In this document: positions 37,060 through 46,467 of the stretch, piece by piece | Layout: each line of letters opens with the position of its first letter | How positions within the stretch are numbered: the stretch's first letter is position 1 | From: Candidatus Pacearchaeota archaeon | Lineage (GTDB): Archaea; Nanobdellota; Nanobdellia; Pacearchaeales; DTIR01 | Length of the DNA stretch: 60,000 nucleotides | Direction: 5' to 3' | Assembly: GCA_018303805.1 (NCBI GenBank) | Contig: JAGVXL010000001.1 | Span: 243,528-303,527, forward strand | The notes under the pieces: generated by a model | Databases searched by the model: none | What the model was told of the DNA's origin: nothing | Seen by the model: only the letters and a program-made list of their open reading frames with translations | Program-made: the position numbers and the translations under genes

Positions 37060-37223
37060 TTTAAAATTGCAAGCATTAGAGCTCCAATTGTTGAGATAAT
37101 GCCTCCAACTATAATTAAAGTTTTATCCTGAATTATGCTGCCGTAAGTTGTTAATATTATGCCTATTACAGCAATTCCTTTCTTTATATTCTCTGCCAAA
37201 TTTCCTTTTTCTTTCTTTGCCAT
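37056..37223 (-). CDS. 55-aa two-TM microprotein (not in ORF track)
   Basis: MAKKEKGNLAENIKKGIAVIGIILTTYGSIIQDKTLIIVGGIISTIGALMLAILK. Confidence 0.65.
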   Translation of the reverse strand: MAKKEKGNLAENIKKGIAVIGIILTTYGSIIQDKTLIIVGGIISTIGALMLAILK

Positions 37224-37336
37224 TTTTTGTTAAGGCCCTGAAGCGCCACTACTTTCCATTTTTAGCTTCCTATCACATCCATTCCAAGTTCCTCTGAATA
37301 TTTAAATTCCACCAATTATTCCTTCCATTTTTCATC

Positions 37337-38110
37337 TTAAAATCCCGGAGGCATGACATAGCTCCTTGTCGCAAACAGGAATCTCTGCCCGCTTCCCCTT
37401 TCCTTTAGCATGTATATTGTGGCTTCTCCTGAGAGCTTCTTCTCTATATCTGTATTAGACTTGTAGAGCATATAGCTTAACTGGTCATAATCTCCGTAGC
37501 TTATCTCTGAGTTTACTATGTCCTGGGCGAGCATTGCCTGCTCATAAATTGGCGAGAGGATTATGGCTTGGAAATTCTCAAATGTCTTTGTCTCTTCCTT
37601 GCTTATTGTCAATGGAATTGAGGCAGAGATTATAACCTTTTTTGGCTGCAATGTTGTCTGCAACTGCAGGTTTCCTGTTTTTACTATATAGCCCTTCTTC
37701 TCCAGCTGGCTTTTTAACTGGGACACGCATGCCTGGACTTTCGGAGCAGTATAAGAGGTTATCTCTTCTTCAATGCTGTATTTCAGCATTGGCTGCTGAT
37801 TAACACACTTTGAGTAATAGTCAGAAGTATAGCAAAGATAGTTTATCTTGTTGCTGTCATATGTTGCGTATGCCAGAGGTTTCAAAGTGCCGCCTTGTTT
37901 TGTTAATAACTGAATGGCGTCTGTTGCATAATCCTCCATGCATTTTTCTACATATGCCTGGGGCTCTGTAGCTTTTGGCATTACTTTGATTCCCCCCCTT
38001 AAGGAAAAAAACAAGGCAATCCCAGCAACGATGACAACGGCGATGATAACAAAGAGGGCAACTTGTGCTTTTTTGTTCAGAATAGCTGTTTTGCTCCCTC
38101 TTATTTGCAT
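37337..38110 (-). CDS. Class III signal peptide (pilin-like) protein; likely start MQIRG at 38110
   Basis: KKAQ-VALFVIIAVVIVAGIALFF; YVEKC, QGG, YLCY. Confidence 0.82.
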   Translation of the reverse strand: MQIRGSKTAILNKKAQVALFVIIAVVIVAGIALFFSLRGGIKVMPKATEPQAYVEKCMEDYATDAIQLLTKQGGTLKPLAYATYDSNKINYLCYTSDYYSKCVNQQPMLKYSIEEEITSYTAPKVQACVSQLKSQLEKKGYIVKTGNLQLQTTLQPKKVIISASIPLTISKEETKTFENFQAIILSPIYEQAMLAQDIVNSEISYGDYDQLSYMLYKSNTDIEKKLSGEATIYMLKERGSGQRFLFATRSYVMPPGF

Positions 38111-38217
38111 GCCTTTCAAACGAACAAGAAGTTTATAAATATTTTGAAATAACTGAAAATCACTCAGATTTTCTGAAAAGCACTCCCGCATTCAATAGGG
38201 AAAATAGGCAACTAAAA

Positions 38218-38376
38218 TTAATAATCGATTGGGATATCCATTTTTTTTATTATCTTTCTGCCGTAAAAATCCGCATTTTTTGCTGATTTTTTTATTATGC
38301 CCCTAACTTTTTTCTCCAAAATAACCTCTAATTCTTTGATAGCCTGCTTGCTGATTTTTTTATTTTTCTGTTTGTA
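38218..38376 (-). pseudogene. Archaeal histone-fold gene remnant without a start codon
   Basis: KKISKQAIKELEVILEKKVRGIIKKSAKNADFYGRKIIKKMDI matches the histone pattern (RVS..A...L.........A...A...GRKTI...DI); in-frame TAA just upstream. Confidence 0.6.
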
Positions 38377-38443
38377 TTACCAACTTGTTGGTAGAACCAA
38401 CAAGTATTAATAAAATTGTTTAGTTTGTTGGTACTATAAAAAA

Positions 38444-39970
38444 CTAATCTCTTTTAGGGAAAAGCACTCCAGCATTCTTAACCTTGCAGTCTTCCAGCAA
38501 TCCAAACCTGCAATCTTCCAATCTTGCTTTTGTTAAATCAACTCCCAGCACAAAGGCAATTTTTTCTGCTGATGCAGGGATGAATGAATAAAGCAGGATT
38601 GAAATTATGCGCAATGAATCTGCAAGAGTATAAAGCACTTGCTCAAGCTCCTTGCCCTGCAGCAGCCATGCCTTTTTGCCCTGAACATAAAGATTGCATG
38701 CATTGACAAACTCAAAAATTAAAGCCAATGCCCTGTCAATCTCCAGGTTTTCCATTTTCTTTTTTATCTCATCAAGCTTCAGCTTTTTGCTTAGAATCTC
38801 ATCAATTTTTGCCCTGCAAATCTTCCCGCCCAGTTTTTTCTCAATCAAACCAACAACCCTCGAAACCAGATTGCCTAAGTTATCTGCTAATTCTGAATTA
38901 TATCTCTCCTTCAAAGCATCTTCAGAAAAATCCCCGTCTGATCCAAAGGGGATTCCTCTAACAAAGAAATATCTTAAGGCATCAACGCCATACTCTCCAG
39001 CGAGATAAACTGGGGAAATGACATTGCCAAGGGATTTTGAAATTTTCTGCCCGTTTATTGTGAAATAGCCATGGACAAACAGTTTTTTTGGCAGTGCTAT
39101 TCCAAGTGCTAAAAGCAAAGCAGGCCATATTGTCGCATGAACTCGTAAAATATCATTGGCCATAAGCTGCACATCCGGCGGCCAGAATTTTTTAAAATTT
39201 TTTTTGTCATCAAGGCCGGTAATATAATTCCAGAAAGCATCAACCCACACGAAAGTGGTATGATCCTTATCAAATGGCAATCCTATGCCCCAGTATACCT
39301 CTGATTTTTTTCTTGATATGGATATATCCTGCAAGCCCTGCTCAATAAAGGAGATTACTTCATTTCTTCTTTTGATTGGCAATATGCAATATTTCCCTTG
39401 CTTAATTAAATCTAAAAGCTTGGGCTGAAAAGCTGAAAGTTTGAACAGATAGGCTTCTTCTTTCTTTATCTCTGGCTCTTTCTGATGTAAAGGACATTTG
39501 CCCTCTACCAAATCACTTTGAGTTAGATACTGCTCGCAGCCGACACAATAATATGCTTCATAATACCCCTTGAAGATAAATTTTTTATCATAAAGTTTCT
39601 GCAACACATTTTTAACTTCTTTTTCATGTTCTGGCTGAGTTGTTCTGAGGAAATTATTGTAAGATATATTCAAAATTTTCCATGTTTCTTTAAATTTATT
39701 AACAGTTTTATCAACAAATTGTTTTGGATTGGTGCCTTGGGATTCAGCAGTTCTCTGTATTTTAATGCCATGCTCATCTGTTCCTGTCAAGAAAAAAATA
39801 TCTTCACCAAGAAGTTTATGCCATCTTGTGAGTATATCTGCCGCTATGGTAGTATATGCCGACCCCACATGGGGCTCTGCATTAGCATAATAGATTGGTG
39901 TTGTGACATAAAACTTCTTTCCTGCCTTCTCCGCAGTTCTGCCAGATTTCTGTTTAGTTTTGCTTGCCAT
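38444..39970 (-). CDS. metG: Methionine--tRNA ligase (short form)
   Basis: TTPIYYAN..PHVGSAY, FLTGTDEHG, Zn knuckle, KISKSLGN. Confidence 0.96.
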   Translation of the reverse strand: MASKTKQKSGRTAEKAGKKFYVTTPIYYANAEPHVGSAYTTIAADILTRWHKLLGEDIFFLTGTDEHGIKIQRTAESQGTNPKQFVDKTVNKFKETWKILNISYNNFLRTTQPEHEKEVKNVLQKLYDKKFIFKGYYEAYYCVGCEQYLTQSDLVEGKCPLHQKEPEIKKEEAYLFKLSAFQPKLLDLIKQGKYCILPIKRRNEVISFIEQGLQDISISRKKSEVYWGIGLPFDKDHTTFVWVDAFWNYITGLDDKKNFKKFWPPDVQLMANDILRVHATIWPALLLALGIALPKKLFVHGYFTINGQKISKSLGNVISPVYLAGEYGVDALRYFFVRGIPFGSDGDFSEDALKERYNSELADNLGNLVSRVVGLIEKKLGGKICRAKIDEILSKKLKLDEIKKKMENLEIDRALALIFEFVNACNLYVQGKKAWLLQGKELEQVLYTLADSLRIISILLYSFIPASAEKIAFVLGVDLTKARLEDCRFGLLEDCKVKNAGVLFPKRD

Positions 39971-40066
39971 ATAAAAAAATAGGAACTCAGATTTATAAAT
40001 TTAGTTAATTTTACCTCGCAGAAATTACAGGGATAGTTTTTTATAATCTCTCTGGGTTATATAATT

Positions 40067-40561
40067 ATGAAAAGAAACAGGGCAAAAGTGGTGAGAAATG
40101 AGTTTGTTGTTCTTGCATCTTCATTGGTAATAACCGGCTTTTTGCTATTGTTTGAAAGTTTTGGCTATCTCAATGGAATAAGCCGGCTCTGGCCTGTCTT
40201 TTCCCTGATAATCGGCATTGGCCTGGCAATGCTATTCAGAAATCAGGGGGATACAGGCTTATTGTGGCTTGGCTCGCTTATGATAATGCTCAGCCTGTTT
40301 TTCTTTTACTTGAATTTCACTTCATGGAGGCGGCTTGCAATGCTATGGCCTGTTTTCATAGCAATATTTGGGCTGGCTTTTTTGTTCTGCTATTCCATAA
40401 ACAAAAACAGGGCAGTCCTGATAGCAAGCATCTTCACGATACTATTAAGCATAGCTTTCATATTAATATTCAGCCTGTCAATAAAATTATGGCCTATCTC
40501 ACTGATAATCGCAGGCATATTCATGTATATAGTGTCTAAATGCAATCAAAAAAATGGCTAA
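40067..40561 (+). CDS. Multi-TM membrane protein with repeated LWP motifs (LiaF/DUF5668-like)
   Basis: Three LWP..(L/I)..G units. Confidence 0.7.
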   Translation: MKRNRAKVVRNEFVVLASSLVITGFLLLFESFGYLNGISRLWPVFSLIIGIGLAMLFRNQGDTGLLWLGSLMIMLSLFFFYLNFTSWRRLAMLWPVFIAIFGLAFLFCYSINKNRAVLIASIFTILLSIAFILIFSLSIKLWPISLIIAGIFMYIVSKCNQKNG

Positions 40562-41957
40562 ACAAAATATTCTGGAAGAGTGCAATAAGGACAAAAAGAT
40601 AATCTTTGTTGAGCCTCAAGGCAGCAAGGAGAATGTTTTTTCTAAATGGATGAATATGCCTCTGCTTGGGCCAATATATCTTGCAACAATGCTGAAACAA
40701 AAGGGGTATGACGTTATTGTGCATAATGAAAATATGAGTGGCAGGGTTTCAAAGCATCAATTAAATGCAGATGTGTTATGCCTCACAGGGTTAACATCAA
40801 CAATAGAGCGGGGATATGGGATATCCAAGGAATTTAGGGTAGTAAATCCTGACGGCAGGATAGTAATTGGCGGAATCCATGTCTCCTTCAATAAAGAGGA
40901 AGCGGCAAAATATGCGGATAATGTTGTGATAGGGGAAGGAGAGAATGTGATTCTAGATGTTATAGAGAACAAACCCCGACAGAAATTTATATTTGCTGAC
41001 AGACAGACCAATATAAGCGGGCTGCCAACACCTGATTTTAGCGTTTTGAAGGATTATAAAAGGATGAGGATAACCCCTGTTATGACTTCTCGTGGATGCC
41101 CGTTTGCATGTAATTTTTGCTCTGTTACTGCAATGTTTGGCAGGCAGTACAGGACAAATAATGAAGAGCAGGTTATCAAAGAGATGAGGATGATAAAAAC
41201 AAAAAGCAGCTTCATTTACGACGATAATTTCTGCGCGAATAAGGAAAGAAGCCACAGAATTTTGGATTCAATGAAAAGGGAAGATTTTAGATTTAAGTGG
41301 ACTGCCCAAGTAAGATGTGATGCTGCAAAGGATGAAAAGCTGATCAAAAAAATGGCTGAAACAAATTGCCAATTGGTATGCATAGGATTTGAATCTGTAA
41401 ACTCAAAAACATTGGATGGATACCAAAAGAGCCAGTCGTTAGAGGATATTAAATTAGCAATCAAAAGATTCCACGATTATGGCATAAGGATTCATGGAAT
41501 GTTCATCTTCGGCTCAGATGAAGACAACAAATCCACATTCAAGCAAACAAACAATTTCTGCAACAACCAGGATATAGATTCTGTGCAGTACTCTGTCCTG
41601 GTGCCATTGCCAGGCACCCCCCTCTTTCAGAATCTAGAAGCGCAGAACAGATTGCTGCATAAGAAATGGAAATTTTATGACGGCATGCATGTTGTTTTCA
41701 AGCCAAAGAATTTCACTCCAATAGAACTTCAAGAGGGGGCGATAGACTGCTACAAGGACTTCTACACTTACGCAAAAGCGCTGAATGGCGCGGCAAATGT
41801 TGTCTATGACAGCACTATCAACTGCCTGAAGTCATCAGGCGAGAGGTTAAGGAGATATTTCTCAAAAAACTGGGACACAACACTCTTGGGGAAGTATATA
41901 ATAAAAAAATGGCTGAAACAAAACAAGAATTATGTAGATTATCTCAAGACAGTATAA
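40554..41957 (+). CDS. B12-binding-domain radical SAM protein
   Basis: PLLG..YLA, IVIGGIH, VVIGEGE, TSRGCPFACNFC, DDNF, IGFES. Confidence 0.92.
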   Translation: MAKQNILEECNKDKKIIFVEPQGSKENVFSKWMNMPLLGPIYLATMLKQKGYDVIVHNENMSGRVSKHQLNADVLCLTGLTSTIERGYGISKEFRVVNPDGRIVIGGIHVSFNKEEAAKYADNVVIGEGENVILDVIENKPRQKFIFADRQTNISGLPTPDFSVLKDYKRMRITPVMTSRGCPFACNFCSVTAMFGRQYRTNNEEQVIKEMRMIKTKSSFIYDDNFCANKERSHRILDSMKREDFRFKWTAQVRCDAAKDEKLIKKMAETNCQLVCIGFESVNSKTLDGYQKSQSLEDIKLAIKRFHDYGIRIHGMFIFGSDEDNKSTFKQTNNFCNNQDIDSVQYSVLVPLPGTPLFQNLEAQNRLLHKKWKFYDGMHVVFKPKNFTPIELQEGAIDCYKDFYTYAKALNGAANVVYDSTINCLKSSGERLRRYFSKNWDTTLLGKYIIKKWLKQNKNYVDYLKTV

Positions 41958-42188
41958 ACAAGATTTCTGCTATTTTATTTTTTGCAAAACTCTTCACATA
42001 ACCTAAGATATTTTTTATGAACAATAGGTTTTATCATATAACGTATGTTATAAAATAGAACTATTTAAGTCGTGTTCTTTTAATCCGGCAGAATTCTCCA
42101 GCAGCCAGGAATATTTTTGCAGATTTTAGTTGAGTGTTAATCCTCTTCTCAGATTATCTTCGTTATTCTTAGATAATTTTTGTCTCAG

Positions 42189-42932
42189 CTAATCTTCGGT
42201 TTCAACCCTCGGCGCCAGAACAAATCCAAGTTCAATCCCTTCTGTTTTAAAATCAAGCTGCATCGGATAATCTGTAGAAAACTGCAATAATGCCTTCTCG
42301 CTTAACTTTGATGCCTTGATGAATTTCTTGAGGTATTCAACTGAATATTTTGATTTTGCATCCTGAACATTGAGCTTTGCCTCGTCTGAGCTGAATTCTG
42401 CCCTTGCAGAATTCAAGGAGCCCTTTGCCTCAATTGCAAAAATGCCATCTTTCTTATTTGTAAGGAATGTGCATGCATCAGCAACGATAGAGGCGTCTTC
42501 AATTGCATCAGCAAACAGGGAAGAATCAATCTCAACCTTGCTGCTGAATTCCAGCTTTGGAGCCTGCTTATCCTCTGCATTGGTATCAATCAATGCAAGC
42601 GAAAAGCTCCTTTTCACTTTATCCTGGATATTGAAATTAAGTGTATTATCCTGCCTTTCAATGACAAGGCTGCTTCCAGCACCGCATCTTCTCAAAACTG
42701 CCTTTAAATCAGAAAGGTTCAAGCCGAGCTCTTCTGTTTCATCGTTCTCAAGCTTGAATTGTGAGAATGAAGATGCAGGCAGTTTCAGCATAACAAGGGC
42801 AACATTGGCCGGATCAATGGCAATAATGCTAATGCCCTGTTTTGTGACTCTTGCCCTTACTTCTGTGACAAGCTCTGAAATAATTGCAACTGCATCGCTC
42901 AATAATTTTGGCTCGTCAAGCTTAAGCATCAT
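42189..42932 (-). CDS. pcn: DNA polymerase sliding clamp PCNA
   Basis: AIDPANVALV, KSKYSVEYLKKF, DYPM, FVLAPR. Confidence 0.95.
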   Translation of the reverse strand: MMLKLDEPKLLSDAVAIISELVTEVRARVTKQGISIIAIDPANVALVMLKLPASSFSQFKLENDETEELGLNLSDLKAVLRRCGAGSSLVIERQDNTLNFNIQDKVKRSFSLALIDTNAEDKQAPKLEFSSKVEIDSSLFADAIEDASIVADACTFLTNKKDGIFAIEAKGSLNSARAEFSSDEAKLNVQDAKSKYSVEYLKKFIKASKLSEKALLQFSTDYPMQLDFKTEGIELGFVLAPRVETED

Positions 42933-43038
42933 TTTTCTTACACTCCCTTTTTTGCATATCATCCTTAGTATTCAAATCTTACAGCATGAAGGCACTTTTA
43001 AATTTTGTTGTTGCAAGAAATAACAATCATTAGCCATT

Positions 43039-43554
43039 TTATTTTCTTCTCAAAAAAGCAGAAACTATAACAAGAGAAAATAAAATTGCCAAACCTGCTA
43101 TGCCTGATGCTTTTGGGTTCTTATCTGTGAAATCCATGACTGCATAGCCTGTTGCCTGCAAGAATCCATGTGACAAAATTTTTATTGTGCTGCTCTGCAG
43201 TTCAGAAACATGCCCATAAACATCTACTGCATTAATCCTGCATGAAACTTCATCTCCTAGCTGCAGGCTTGCATGCAAAATTCTATCTTTACTTTCCTGT
43301 ACAACAGCATTATTAACAAGCCATTCATATTCTACCTGCAAGGAGCTCATGTTCGCATCGTAAATATCTGCCTCGCATAAAACAGCAGAATCAGGATAGG
43401 CAAGTTCAGGCTTAATTTGCAGGGAATTTATTCTTGGGGGGGCATCTGCAACCCTTACATAAACATATGCTGTATTGCCTGCAAAAATTAACTGGCTGAG
43501 CAAAACAGCATAGAGGATTGATATTCCCAACACTAGTAATTTTTTTATACTCAT
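43039..43554 (-). CDS. Secreted Ig-like protein with TGYAV motif and C-terminal TM
   Basis: Signal peptide; PP.I...I.P and YEWLVN; C-terminal anchor ending RRK. Confidence 0.75.
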   Translation of the reverse strand: MSIKKLLVLGISILYAVLLSQLIFAGNTAYVYVRVADAPPRINSLQIKPELAYPDSAVLCEADIYDANMSSLQVEYEWLVNNAVVQESKDRILHASLQLGDEVSCRINAVDVYGHVSELQSSTIKILSHGFLQATGYAVMDFTDKNPKASGIAGLAILFSLVIVSAFLRRK

Positions 43555-43601
43555 TTTCTCTTCTAAGAATAAAAGAGGGGAAGGTTAAATATATTCCTAA
43601 A

Positions 43602-44867
43602 ATGCCAGACACAACAGAAAGAATAAGGGAAACCGCAAGATTCTACTACAAGAGGAGGGACATACAAAAAGCATTAGTTGGATTCTCTGGGCATAGGGAG
43701 GTTGTTCCAAGATATCTCGACAGTTTTGGCAGGCGCCCAGACACCTTGCAGTATGAATCAGATGTTTCAGCCCTGGCAGACAAAGGAGCAACATCATTTC
43801 ATTGTTCAGAAGAGCTTTGGAGAGACCCATTAAAACTGAACACAGAAATGACAGAGGAGCAGGTAAGAGAGCTAAGGCAGGGCTGGGACTTGCTCATAGA
43901 CATTGACACGCAATATCTTGATTATGGGAAAGTAACAGCTGAACTGCTTGTTGAGGCATTGAAATTCCACAACATGCATTCTTTTGGCATTAAATATTCA
44001 GGAAGCAGGGGGTTTCATATAGGAATTTCCTACAGGGCATTCCCGGAAAAAATAGGGGAAATAGAAACAAGGAATCTCTTTCCAGAAGGGGCGAGGGCAA
44101 TAACCTCTTACCTGTATGAAATAATCAAAAACAGGCTGGCAGAAAGGATAAATGAAATTTCAGGGATAAAATTCAAGGATGCTGTCCTTCCTGATTTTGT
44201 TCTTGTTTCTCCAAGGCACTTATTCAGGATGCCTTGGTCACTGCATGAAAAAACAAGCCTTGCAAGCATAGTTATCAAGCCAGAGCAATTAAGGCAGTTC
44301 AAGCCAAGCTGGGCAAAGCCTGAACTTGTAATGCCAAAGCCATTTTTGCCAGAGCCGGAGAAAAATGAGGCAAAAGAATTATTAATCCAGGCAATGGACT
44401 GGCAGGCAAGATTAAAGGCAAGCGAGAAGGAAAAATCAGTTGGAAAGAGAGGCGCATATTCAGAAGTAATCATAAAAGATTTGACTCCTGCATTGTATCC
44501 CCCATGCATCACAAACATTTTGGCAGGCATGAAGCAGGACGGCAGGAAAAGGGCATTGTTTATCCTGCTGAACTTTTTCAAAAGCTTAAAGCTGAATGAG
44601 GAGGAGATTGAAAAGAGGTTAGCAGAATGGAACAAAAAGAACTATAAGCAGTTAAGAGAAGGCTATGTAAGGACGCAGATTTCATGGTTCAAGAGACAGC
44701 AGGCAGTGCTCCCGCCAAACTGTGATAAAACAGTCTATAAAGAGATAGGTGTCTGCATGCCAGATGGCATGTGCGGGCTGATAAAAAATCCTGTAAATTA
44801 CACAAACAGAAAGGCAAGATTGCTGAACCAGCAGGATAAGCCAGGAAAAAGGGTGAAGGAAAAATAA
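43602..44867 (+). CDS. Fused DNA primase PriS-PriL (DPANN type)
   Basis: WDLLIDID, KYSGSRGFH, RHLFRMP.SLHEK (PriS); YPPCI, DGRKR, PPNC...C...C..KNP (PriL Fe-S). Confidence 0.9.
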   Translation: MPDTTERIRETARFYYKRRDIQKALVGFSGHREVVPRYLDSFGRRPDTLQYESDVSALADKGATSFHCSEELWRDPLKLNTEMTEEQVRELRQGWDLLIDIDTQYLDYGKVTAELLVEALKFHNMHSFGIKYSGSRGFHIGISYRAFPEKIGEIETRNLFPEGARAITSYLYEIIKNRLAERINEISGIKFKDAVLPDFVLVSPRHLFRMPWSLHEKTSLASIVIKPEQLRQFKPSWAKPELVMPKPFLPEPEKNEAKELLIQAMDWQARLKASEKEKSVGKRGAYSEVIIKDLTPALYPPCITNILAGMKQDGRKRALFILLNFFKSLKLNEEEIEKRLAEWNKKNYKQLREGYVRTQISWFKRQQAVLPPNCDKTVYKEIGVCMPDGMCGLIKNPVNYTNRKARLLNQQDKPGKRVKEK

Positions 44868-44868
44868 A

Positions 44869-45702
44869 ATGAACGATGGGAACAAGGATGTAAGGCAGGC
44901 ACTAAATGTAAGGGACATCTCAGACTACTTATACTGCGCAAGAAAAGTTTATCTGAGAAAAACCCTCAATCTAAGGGAAAAAACCAATGCAAAAATGATA
45001 AAGGGCATGATACGGCATGAAATTTTTGATGAACTCAATAAAACCGAAGCAAACATTGTTTCAGGCATAACACAGCAGAAGAACCTGACAGAGATGGGGG
45101 ATATCTACAAGATGCATCTGCTTGGAATTACAGAACGGATTTTCAGAAAATATGAGAATCTTGCGGTTTCATTTGAGATAAACATGCAGGAATACTGGCA
45201 GGACTTCTGGAAAAATGTGCAGCAGGAAATACAGCTCAGAATCAAGGCAATCTCAAAACTACTTGAGAAAAATATTTTGGGCTATGAACTCTGGCAGAGC
45301 CTTGAGCCAAAATACCTGACAGAATTCAAGATTAGTTCAGAAAGATTGCAGCTTGTCGGCAGGATTGACAGGGTGATGATTGAAAAGCAGGACGGCAGGA
45401 CAATTTATGTGCCATGCGAGATTAAAAATGCAGATGCAATAAAGCCATATGAATCAGACATGCTGCAGCTTGCATGTTATGCTATCCTGCTTGAGGACAA
45501 GTTTAACACAAAAGTCATGGAAGGCATAATACAATACAAAAACAAGAGCATCAGGATTGCGATTGATGAAAGCCGAAGGCAGAAAGTTTTCAGCATAATC
45601 AAATCAATAGACAATTTTCCTTCCTCGCAGATTCCAAAGATACAGGAAAATTTCAGGAAATGTGAGTCATGCGGCTTGCGGGATGAATGCTTTGATATCT
45701 AG
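44869..45702 (+). CDS. Solo Cas4-like (PD-(D/E)xK, Fe-S) nuclease
   Basis: YLYCAR, GRID, EIK, QL..Y, KC..C...DEC; no other cas genes or array in the window. Confidence 0.85.
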   Translation: MNDGNKDVRQALNVRDISDYLYCARKVYLRKTLNLREKTNAKMIKGMIRHEIFDELNKTEANIVSGITQQKNLTEMGDIYKMHLLGITERIFRKYENLAVSFEINMQEYWQDFWKNVQQEIQLRIKAISKLLEKNILGYELWQSLEPKYLTEFKISSERLQLVGRIDRVMIEKQDGRTIYVPCEIKNADAIKPYESDMLQLACYAILLEDKFNTKVMEGIIQYKNKSIRIAIDESRRQKVFSIIKSIDNFPSSQIPKIQENFRKCESCGLRDECFDI

Positions 45703-45787
45703 TAAAAGATATATTACAATATATACTATTAAAAAATAATATACAACATTATTACTAAATTTAAAAGGAGATCTTCCCTTCTTTAAA

Positions 45788-45854
45788 CAAGGGGTTATTA
45801 GGGATACCGTCTCGCTGTCTTTGACATGTTGGGACTTAACTAATTTTGCCTTTG
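45788..45854 (+). ncRNA. Candidate structured small RNA convergent with 45836-46318
   Basis: TTTAAAA at 45760; nested stems CAAGGG/CCTTTG, ATTAG/CTAAT, GTCTC/GGGAC, TGTC/GACA. Confidence 0.35.
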
Positions 45855-46318
45855 TGCAACCCCTTACCTATTTTTTCTAGAATTTGTTTGGGGTTTACAA
45901 TGGTATTAGCTTCTTTGGGATGTTTATGGATATGGTTAACATAATTATCTGCAGGGGATCTTCTGCTACCGTCTTTGCCGAAAATTATTTTTATATTTTT
46001 AAGATTTGGAAACAGATTAAAGAGTTCCCTTGAAAGCATTGCCTTAGGAAAATCTGGGCATATTATCATCTCTTTTATTTGTTTTAAGAAAGGTTCAATG
46101 CAGAAAAAGATAAGGGAACAATGTACCTTGCATTCCCTATTTTTAATCTGGATATCGGAATCAATTATCTTTTTGATTCCCTCCCGCGGAATGAAGACAC
46201 TATTTTTAATAGTTTTAGTCTCATTCACAAAACCTACAACGGTACCTGGAAAGAGCTTCTCATTCCTTCTTTTATAACACTGGGTTACTTGGCAACTTGC
46301 GTCTACATAAATCTTCAT
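45836..46318 (-). CDS. Hypothetical protein with putative RNase H-like fold (DUF3800-like)
   Basis: IYVDAS...ICPDF...SPADNY acidic pattern, shared with 58996-59486. Confidence 0.6.
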   Translation of the reverse strand: MKIYVDASCQVTQCYKRRNEKLFPGTVVGFVNETKTIKNSVFIPREGIKKIIDSDIQIKNRECKVHCSLIFFCIEPFLKQIKEMIICPDFPKAMLSRELFNLFPNLKNIKIIFGKDGSRRSPADNYVNHIHKHPKEANTIVNPKQILEKIGKGLHKGKIS

Positions 46319-46467
46319 TAACTTTTCACTTCCAATGGATATTTAAAATTTTATATATTCTTATTGCTGGTTTTAATATAAGCCATTTTCAAAGCAAGGG
46401 AGAACAAAAAAGCATAATAAAGGCAAAACAACGAAAGGATTTTAAAGTAAGCCGACTATAAAATTCC

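Noticed and set aside
37230-37335. Several very short minus-strand ORFs between the pilin-like gene and the microproteins
   Set aside because: At most about 20 codons in competing frames with no supporting signal; possibly debris.
41960-42188. Possible gene or RNA between the B12 rSAM and pcn
   Set aside because: Only short interrupted frames and weak AT-rich palindromes; nothing supportable.
44869-45702. CRISPR-Cas locus
   Set aside because: No cas1/cas2 and no regularly spaced repeat-spacer array was seen in the window.
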